A stretch of 64,000 nucleotides of DNA, taken from contig JAVCDE010000033.1 in NCBI GenBank assembly GCA_030765185.1, forward strand, positions 10,957-74,956, in the 5' to 3' direction. The notes under the pieces were generated by a model. The model had not been told where the DNA came from, searched no databases, and saw only the letters and a list, made by a program, of their open reading frames with translations. The DNA comes from Candidatus Aceula meridiana. Lineage in GTDB: Bacteria > Omnitrophota > Gorgyraeia > Zapsychrales > Aceulaceae. Positions 57,402 to 64,000 of the stretch are shown piece by piece; position 1 is the stretch's first letter; every line of letters begins with the position of its first letter. Position numbers and translations under genes: made by a program.

Positions 57402-58649
57402 TTACATTTCGTCTAGTTCTTGCACTCTTTGCTCAGCAGCTTGAGCCGGTTTCCAAAACCAGCCGTTTGCATCCCAGCATTGTGCATAAAAATATTCATT
57501 CATAACTTTGTTGAATGCTTTTTTAGCCTCAGGGACCATACCAGCTTTTTTATAAGCTTCGCCTTGAATAAAATAACATGTTCCGACATCATTTAAAGCC
57601 CAATAAGAAAAAATTTCTTCATTGGTTTCCCACGCATATTCCGTAAGAGAGGCCTGCATCTCTTTAGCTTTTTCTTCATAAATCTTAAGACATTTATTGG
57701 TATATGTTAAGACGAGATCTAAATCATCTTTATTTAACGCTTCCCATGCCTTTGTTGTTAAAGTTGCTGAAGAAGAATCGCCAAAATCAACATCAACTCC
57801 GGATTCGATAGCGTCAAGTTTTTCTTGCGCAGCTTCTGCCGGCTTCCAGAACCATCCGCCATTATCCCAACATTGTCCATAGGTGTATTCATCAACTAGT
57901 TTCTGATAAGTCTCTTTAGTTTCATCCATCATATCAGCCTTGCGATAGGCTTCAGCCTGAACAAAAAGAGAGGTCGCCACATCGTTTAAGGCCCACATCT
58001 TGAAAATTTCTTCCTTTTCTCCTTCAACATAGCCTTCTAGAGATGCCTGCATCTCTTTGGCTTTCTCGCTATATAGATCTAAACATTTGTTCACGTAGGT
58101 AGAAACAAGATCTACATCACCAGCATTTAATGCTTCCCAAGCTTTTGTGGTAAGCGTTGCTGAAGAAGAATCACCAAAATCAACATCAATTCCCGCCTCA
58201 ATCGCATCTAATCTTTCTTGCGCAGCTTCTGCCGGCTTCCAAAACCATCCGCCAACATCCCATGTTTGACCATAGGTATATTCATCAACTAATTTCTGAT
58301 AAGTCTCCTTGGCTTCATCCATCATGTTGGCTTTGCGATAGGCCTCAGCTTGAATAAAAAGGCAAGTGGCCACATCATTTAAGGCCCACATTTTAAAAAT
58401 ATCATCTTTTTCCCCTTCAACATAACCCTCTAGAGATGCCTGCATTTTTTTTGCTTGTGCGCCATAAAGTTCAATACACTTATTTGTGTATGCTAAAACA
58501 GCCTCAATATCACCTGAATTCAAGGCATCCCATCCCTTTGTTGCTAGCGTAACAGAACGATAATCGCCAAAATTATACGCGCTGGCAATCATGGGACTCG
58601 CAAGCCCAATTCCAAGCACAAGCAAAGCAGTAATTAAAACTCTTTTCAT
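57402..58649 (-). CDS. Secreted protein of three tandem 131-aa Trp-rich TPR-like repeats
   Basis: Signal peptide; 393-bp period; each unit has KxW.AL...C...Y...MQASL...WALNDV...QxWD..GWFWKPA.AA. Confidence 0.85.
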   Translation of the reverse strand: MKRVLITALLVLGIGLASPMIASAYNFGDYRSVTLATKGWDALNSGDIEAVLAYTNKCIELYGAQAKKMQASLEGYVEGEKDDIFKMWALNDVATCLFIQAEAYRKANMMDEAKETYQKLVDEYTYGQTWDVGGWFWKPAEAAQERLDAIEAGIDVDFGDSSSATLTTKAWEALNAGDVDLVSTYVNKCLDLYSEKAKEMQASLEGYVEGEKEEIFKMWALNDVATSLFVQAEAYRKADMMDETKETYQKLVDEYTYGQCWDNGGWFWKPAEAAQEKLDAIESGVDVDFGDSSSATLTTKAWEALNKDDLDLVLTYTNKCLKIYEEKAKEMQASLTEYAWETNEEIFSYWALNDVGTCYFIQGEAYKKAGMVPEAKKAFNKVMNEYFYAQCWDANGWFWKPAQAAEQRVQELDEM

Positions 58650-58767
58650 TTTCCTACCTCCCTTTATCTTGTTTGATTAATTGATTAATATTTATTATTC
58701 TCCATTTGCCATGAATTGTAAGTATAGCATGCTTATCGACCTTTTGCCGAGAATTTAAAAAGTCCTG

Positions 58768-61089
58768 TTACGGATTCCAAACTCCCTGATAATAGTAATA
58801 AGCCTTGCGTAATTGCCTCATAAATGGACTAAAACTACCATTTCCTTGCCCTGTGATCCCAAACCACTCTTCATACATATATCCATCTGGAAAAGGCCCC
58901 TGAGCCCCAGCTGTTTTATCATGAAAACAAGGCTCATAATTCTTCCACCATTCATCAATCCACTCGAAAATAACCCCACCTAGCGCATTGCCAACACCAT
59001 CTTTTGTCCCTGAGGCATTAAACATAATATCGTCCCAGGCCCCTTTGTGGTAATCAGCCTGAGCCTGTTCAGCATCTTCACGCTCAAGAAAATTTGCATA
59101 AGCCGGACATCCATATTCTGTAATAAAAGCCGGTTTTCCGGTGGCATCGAAAACCTGCTCCCAAAATGACCCGAACCCATAATCCCCGCGATAGGCATTT
59201 GCCGTAAAAATATCCACATTGGGACAATTTTCAGCAAAAACATCTAAAAATAAACTGTCCCCATTGCACATCGCAACAGGCCGAGTATTATCAATAGTTT
59301 TGATCATTCGGGCAACTTCATCAACAAACTGATAGTAAGCTGCTGGTTTTTTGTCAGCATTACACCCTAGGCCATAATTGTTTTCATTACCTAAAAGCCA
59401 CATCAAAACAAATGGCTCATCTTTAAATTCTTCAACCATGGCACGTACAGATGCCAGCATGTTTTTCTTATGCTCAAGATTTTCGTAATCTGTTCCTTCA
59501 AACCATGTCGCTCCTGAACCCAAGGCATACTTTCCTAAAAAATCACTCATAATCGTCATGATGCCATAATTTTCATAAAGATCACGCAATACTTCTTTAG
59601 TTGGATTGTTAGGCTGTTTATAAACACGGATGGTATTGACACCCATTTCTTTTAAAAGCTGAAAATCTCCAACAACCGGTTCATCTGGATCTTTGTCGTT
59701 ATTAAAATTCTTATCGATCCAGGAGTCATACGGCCCATCAGGCTTGCCGTTATTATTAGTGTCTTCAAGCATCCAGTCTTCCATGGTGCCTTTATCCGGG
59801 CTCTGGCAAACTTTTGTAGATTGGTAGGTTATTGCCTGAATCATAAACGGCTTGCCGTCGACCTGAAGCTGCCAATGTCCTGTTTTAGAATCCTGGACCA
59901 ATTTTACCTTTTCGCCGCCAATGACCTGACTTGGATTTTTGATAAGCTTTTGAGAAGAAGGCTTGTTAAAATATTTCCTAAATTTTTCTTTAACTTTATC
60001 AATCCAAGTTTTTTTGGCGAGCGTACCCGGCCAGGTAATGACAACATCGTTAAAAATGTCGTTATCAAAACCATTGATAACTTGAATCCTTGCGCCTTCA
60101 TATTTTAGATCAAGCTCGGGATGAATATTCACTAAATGTCTAATTTTTGCAATAGCTGCCTGAGCCGGATACCATGGTGTATTCCAATAAGTTTTCCCAA
60201 CAGCTTTAGGAAAATGAACTTGAATAACGCGGTAGCATTTCAAAGCTTCATAGAGCATGTCAGCTTTCTCAAAAAGAAGTCCTAAATAAAAAAGTTTTAC
60301 GCCTTGAGGCTCTGAGGCCATCGCCCATTTATAAAATGCTACCTCAAGGTCGTCGGTGTGGACATAGTCCCAATGACTACCTTGAAGACGCCCTTCTTTT
60401 TTTAGTTGACGATAAAGCGGATCTTTTAAAACACCGGATGTGTTTGGATAAATGCCTTCGCCAATCGCTTTCATCAAGCCTGCCGGGTCATCCATTTTAT
60501 AAACATAATCTTTGGTGCCGACGTTTAAAAAACGTCCATATTCCTTATAATCTATAATATCTTCGGTCCCCGGCGTGTGCAATTTTGGCATCGTTTTTTG
60601 ACCACGGTCCACTTGCTCAACCTGAGTTTCCTCGTAACGCCCTTCAAGCTTATCTAAACTTGCCTGACTTTTTTCAGCAATCGACCAATACCATCCTCGA
60701 GGATCCCACGTTTGAGACCATGGAAAATCATCGACAATAGTGTGAAAAATTTCTTTAGCCCTATCCATTTCTCCAAGGTACATTAAGGATTCCGCATAAA
60801 TAAAATTACAGGTGGCAACGTCATTTAATGCAAAATAATCATCCTCTGTTCCTTTAGCTGGAAAATCACTCAATAAAGCCTGCTGCGCTAAGGCCTCATC
60901 CTTATAATTTTTAATGCATTCTTTGGCTAGGCGTTCAACCTCCTCAAAATTATTGCTTGATGATGCCTCCCAAGCCTTACGCACATACTCGTTAGAAGGC
61001 GAAACTTCTGCCTGCGCATTTGTGCAAATAAAATAAAATCCAAAAAATAAAATTGTTCCCAAAATGACTTTAAATAATTGTTTTTTCAT
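58768..61089 (-). CDS. Secreted clan GH-A glycoside hydrolase (GH2-like TIM barrel) with N-terminal Trp-rich helical modules
   Basis: GDFQLLKEMGVNTIRVY, WLLGNE (acid/base), FITEYG (nucleophile), FEWIDEWWK and EEWFG. Confidence 0.82.
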   Translation of the reverse strand: MKKQLFKVILGTILFFGFYFICTNAQAEVSPSNEYVRKAWEASSSNNFEEVERLAKECIKNYKDEALAQQALLSDFPAKGTEDDYFALNDVATCNFIYAESLMYLGEMDRAKEIFHTIVDDFPWSQTWDPRGWYWSIAEKSQASLDKLEGRYEETQVEQVDRGQKTMPKLHTPGTEDIIDYKEYGRFLNVGTKDYVYKMDDPAGLMKAIGEGIYPNTSGVLKDPLYRQLKKEGRLQGSHWDYVHTDDLEVAFYKWAMASEPQGVKLFYLGLLFEKADMLYEALKCYRVIQVHFPKAVGKTYWNTPWYPAQAAIAKIRHLVNIHPELDLKYEGARIQVINGFDNDIFNDVVITWPGTLAKKTWIDKVKEKFRKYFNKPSSQKLIKNPSQVIGGEKVKLVQDSKTGHWQLQVDGKPFMIQAITYQSTKVCQSPDKGTMEDWMLEDTNNNGKPDGPYDSWIDKNFNNDKDPDEPVVGDFQLLKEMGVNTIRVYKQPNNPTKEVLRDLYENYGIMTIMSDFLGKYALGSGATWFEGTDYENLEHKKNMLASVRAMVEEFKDEPFVLMWLLGNENNYGLGCNADKKPAAYYQFVDEVARMIKTIDNTRPVAMCNGDSLFLDVFAENCPNVDIFTANAYRGDYGFGSFWEQVFDATGKPAFITEYGCPAYANFLEREDAEQAQADYHKGAWDDIMFNASGTKDGVGNALGGVIFEWIDEWWKNYEPCFHDKTAGAQGPFPDGYMYEEWFGITGQGNGSFSPFMRQLRKAYYYYQGVWNP

Positions 61090-61928
61090 CCGGCAATAGC
61101 TCCTGCTGATAGACCTTTAATAATGTGTTTTTGCATAAACAAGTAGACTAAAATGACCGGTAATGCCGTAATAGACAAACCTGCCATCAAAAGCGGATAG
61201 TCCGTGCTATGCGACCCTTGGAAAACCATCAACCCCCTTTGTAAAGGCATCAGGTTTTTATCGTTTAAAAGAAGTGTTGCTAAAATATATTCATTCCAAA
61301 CATTCAGCGTGTTAAAAATAACAATAACCGCAATCGCGGGCCTTGCCAAAGGCAACGCCACGTGACGCCAAATGCCCAACTTCGAACATCCATCCATGCG
61401 CGCGGCATCTTCTAAGGCCGGCGACATTTTGTCAAAAAATGTTTTAAGAATGTAGATGCTTAGAGAAAGGCCTACATTAATCATGCAAAGAATATATCCG
61501 ATGCGCGTATTCGCCAAATGAAGCTTGTTCATCAAAACATAGAGCGGAACGAAACTTCCCGGCAAGGGAATCATCATAGCAGCTAAAAACATATAAAAGA
61601 AAAAATTCTTCCCCGGAAAATCTAGACGAGAAAACGCATAAGCCGCCAAAGAAGCAACCATCACAATACCAAAAACAACGCTAACAGTGTAAATCACGCT
61701 GTTGATAAAATACATTCCAAAGCCACCTTTAGTCCACGCTAGATAAAAATTCTCAAAATGAATACTCGCCGGAATAAGGGCCTTATCAACAAACACTGTT
61801 TCATTAGTCATTAACGCTGAACGAAACATCCAGATAAGGGGAAAAAGACATGTTATGGCAACAGCCATCAAAAGCGTATGCAAAAATATCGATTGAATGA
61901 CACTTTTTGCTTTAAAGCGATTTAGCAT
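61086..61928 (-). CDS. Carbohydrate ABC transporter permease (MalG-like)
   Basis: EDAARMDG EAA motif, WNEY and GAIAG end. Confidence 0.95.
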   Translation of the reverse strand: MLNRFKAKSVIQSIFLHTLLMAVAITCLFPLIWMFRSALMTNETVFVDKALIPASIHFENFYLAWTKGGFGMYFINSVIYTVSVVFGIVMVASLAAYAFSRLDFPGKNFFFYMFLAAMMIPLPGSFVPLYVLMNKLHLANTRIGYILCMINVGLSLSIYILKTFFDKMSPALEDAARMDGCSKLGIWRHVALPLARPAIAVIVIFNTLNVWNEYILATLLLNDKNLMPLQRGLMVFQGSHSTDYPLLMAGLSITALPVILVYLFMQKHIIKGLSAGAIAG

Positions 61929-61938
61929 AAACTTGTCC

Positions 61939-62874
61939 CTACCTTGCCTCGTCTTGTTTAAATCTTTTTGAAATTTTGTTTAACGTAAATGAGCTAACAA
62001 TCAAAATAAAACCAAAAACAATGCCCTGTGCACAAGCATAACCAAAACGGCTTAACCCTGTCATGGAAAGTAAAATGCGCGTAACCGGGACTTCTGTGTG
62101 ATACACTAGCCCTTGTCCCACCATCGAAAGCACAAGAACAAAAACCTGCATTGAACCTAAAATCGTCAAAATCATCACCATAAGAAATACCGGAACCATC
62201 ATCGGAATCGTGATGTCTTTAAGCGTGCGAAATGGCCCTGCTCCGTCAACGCGGGCAGCCTCATAAAGTTGCCGGTCTATGGTTTGCAGCCCGGCAAGCA
62301 TAATGATAAATCCCCAGCCAAAGCCTTTCCAGCTATGAACCAAGGCAATACACGTCAAAGCGGTCTTAGGGTCAGAGAGCCAATTATGCACCAAATGATT
62401 CAAATGAGCTTTTGTCAAAAAAAAGTTTAAAAGCCCTATAGGCTCGCCCGATTGAATTCCAGAGTGCAAAATCCACTGCCAGATTAAACCAACAACAACT
62501 TCGGATAAAACCGGCGGTAGATAAAAAACAACACGATAAAATTTACGTGCGCGGATATCACGATCGCAGGACAGCGCCAAACCAAAGGCCAAAGCGTTTT
62601 GAAAGATCAGAGCAATCAAGGTAATGTAGCCGGCATGCCACATCGAAGTCCACCACACCTTGTCTTGCATAATTTCTTTAAAATTACCAAGCCCTATAAA
62701 TGTACGGGTCAAACCTATTCCATCCCATTCGTGAAAAGATAAGTTAAGAATTTCATAAAAAGGATAAATATAAAAAACAGCAAAAATAGCAACAGCAGGA
62801 AAGATAAAAAGATAATTCTCTGCGGTGCCTTTAAACTCTAAAAAAGAAAACCTTTTTGCTTTTGTTTCAGCCAT
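61939..62874 (-). CDS. Carbohydrate ABC transporter permease (MalF-like)
   Basis: FIGLGNF, LYEAARVDGA and GYACA. Confidence 0.95.
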   Translation of the reverse strand: MAETKAKRFSFLEFKGTAENYLFIFPAVAIFAVFYIYPFYEILNLSFHEWDGIGLTRTFIGLGNFKEIMQDKVWWTSMWHAGYITLIALIFQNALAFGLALSCDRDIRARKFYRVVFYLPPVLSEVVVGLIWQWILHSGIQSGEPIGLLNFFLTKAHLNHLVHNWLSDPKTALTCIALVHSWKGFGWGFIIMLAGLQTIDRQLYEAARVDGAGPFRTLKDITIPMMVPVFLMVMILTILGSMQVFVLVLSMVGQGLVYHTEVPVTRILLSMTGLSRFGYACAQGIVFGFILIVSSFTLNKISKRFKQDEAR

Positions 62875-64000
62875 TATCTTCGGTTTTTTGCTCTTTCGAG
62901 TTGACGAATTTTTATCCTCTGAACTTCTTCTGCCGCCTGTTCAGGACTTCTCTCCCCTATACTTATAGACTGTATTTCTTTGCCAAAAGTTTCAGTCACA
63001 AGAGGATCTTCATTATATTTCCAGGTGGATGGATGCGTTATATCATCCATTGCAGACGCAAACTGGGAAAGAATTTCCGGAATCGAAGACAACGCATGTC
63101 GATTAGATGGCAAATTTTTTGTCTCCGCCGATAAAAAGACCTGTTGCCTTTCTGAAGTGAGCCATTTCAAGAAATCAATCGCTTTATCTTTTTTCTTCGA
63201 AGAATTATTGACCATAAACGAAGATCCGGCTGCACCCCAAATTCTCATCGGAAGATTAGGGTTAACTTTTGGCGGAAGCATCGCACCATATTCAAGGTCT
63301 GGATTCATGCCATTGTAAACATTGACACACCAGGAACCATTAAAAGCAAATGCCGCACGCTCGAGGGCAAAATCTTGTTCGGCATATTTGTTGTTTTTGG
63401 TTACAATACCCTTAAAAAGCGCGTCGCTATCCCGTAGTCTTTCAAAAATTCTAAAAACCTCGACCCAATCATTATCTGTGTAAGGAACTTCTCCACGATA
63501 AGTTGCCATGATTTTTTCTTCGCCCATGATATTAAAAGCGTAATTTGAGGCAAAACAATCAAGTAGCCACAGCTCGCCCCATCCAGAGATCAAACCGTCA
63601 ACACCAATACGACGTAAAGCATGAATGTCTTCAATAAATTCATCAAATGTTCTTGGCGGCCTTCCAATACCAGCTTTTTTCAAAAGCTTCTCGTTATAAA
63701 GCATTTGAATATTCATAACATCAATCGGAACTCCATAAATGCCCGGCTTAACACTGTATATGTTTCCTTCTTCAAACCGATTTACATTAAGAGCCTTGGC
63801 AAACAAGCTCTTTTCCCAGATCCCTTCATTTTTCTGAAACTCCTCTGTCAAGTCGGCAACAAATCCGCTTTTAACAAAAACGGCAAATTTTTCTTTTTCT
63901 TTTAGAATTCCATAGATATCAGGAAGGACACGGGCTTGGGCTGCGGCAATGATTTTTTGTGAATACGCATCTGAAGGGGCATAAAGTTCAAATTTAACTT
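62874..64000 (-). CDS. Carbohydrate ABC transporter substrate-binding protein (5'-truncated by window edge)
   Basis: Frame stays open beyond 63851 to the edge (VKFELYAPSDAYSQKIIAAAQARVLPDIY); YGVP, LYNEKLLKKAGI and NGSW. Confidence 0.93.
   Translation of the reverse strand, partial: VKFELYAPSDAYSQKIIAAAQARVLPDIYGILKEKEKFAVFVKSGFVADLTEEFQKNEGIWEKSLFAKALNVNRFEEGNIYSVKPGIYGVPIDVMNIQMLYNEKLLKKAGIGRPPRTFDEFIEDIHALRRIGVDGLISGWGELWLLDCFASNYAFNIMGEEKIMATYRGEVPYTDNDWVEVFRIFERLRDSDALFKGIVTKNNKYAEQDFALERAAFAFNGSWCVNVYNGMNPDLEYGAMLPPKVNPNLPMRIWGAAGSSFMVNNSSKKKDKAIDFLKWLTSERQQVFLSAETKNLPSNRHALSSIPEILSQFASAMDDITHPSTWKYNEDPLVTETFGKEIQSISIGERSPEQAAEEVQRIKIRQLERAKNRR

Overview
This is a 64-kb chromosomal segment of a low-GC diderm bacterium (standard code 11, almost all genes on the - strand). 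Gene content and order suggest Candidatus Omnitrophota or another PVC-related lineage; this is inference. Housekeeping genes (purN, tRNA-Thr and tRNA-Phe, hppA, lnt, secA, prfB, uvrC, murJ, rpsT, holA, lptE, bamD, comEC/comEA, leuS, mnmG) alternate with accessory blocks. These blocks are: (1) a Fur-box-controlled operon (fur, DUF5320, 2x NifB/NifX, methyltransferase, 2x ferredoxin-MinD ATPase, Mrp, radical SAM, def); (2) an FG-GAP gene flanked by two diverged copies of the purN 3' end; (3) a Na+-transport cluster preceded by an unannotated 27-aa bL37-like ORF; (4) a TauE-like / pseudo-spermidine-synthase / membrane-anchored AmrS trio; (5) a TPP-riboswitch thiESGHF operon; (6) an EndoQ-UvrD pair; and (7) a LacI/ABC/GH-A glycan locus built from a repeated Trp-rich helical module. 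Intergenic DNA holds many hairpins, including a three-copy family with a conserved GA-mismatch core. prfB keeps the frameshift cassette's Shine-Dalgarno (SD) sequence but is already in frame. No CRISPR, rRNA, integrase or transposase was seen. All family assignments come from motif recognition, not database searches.
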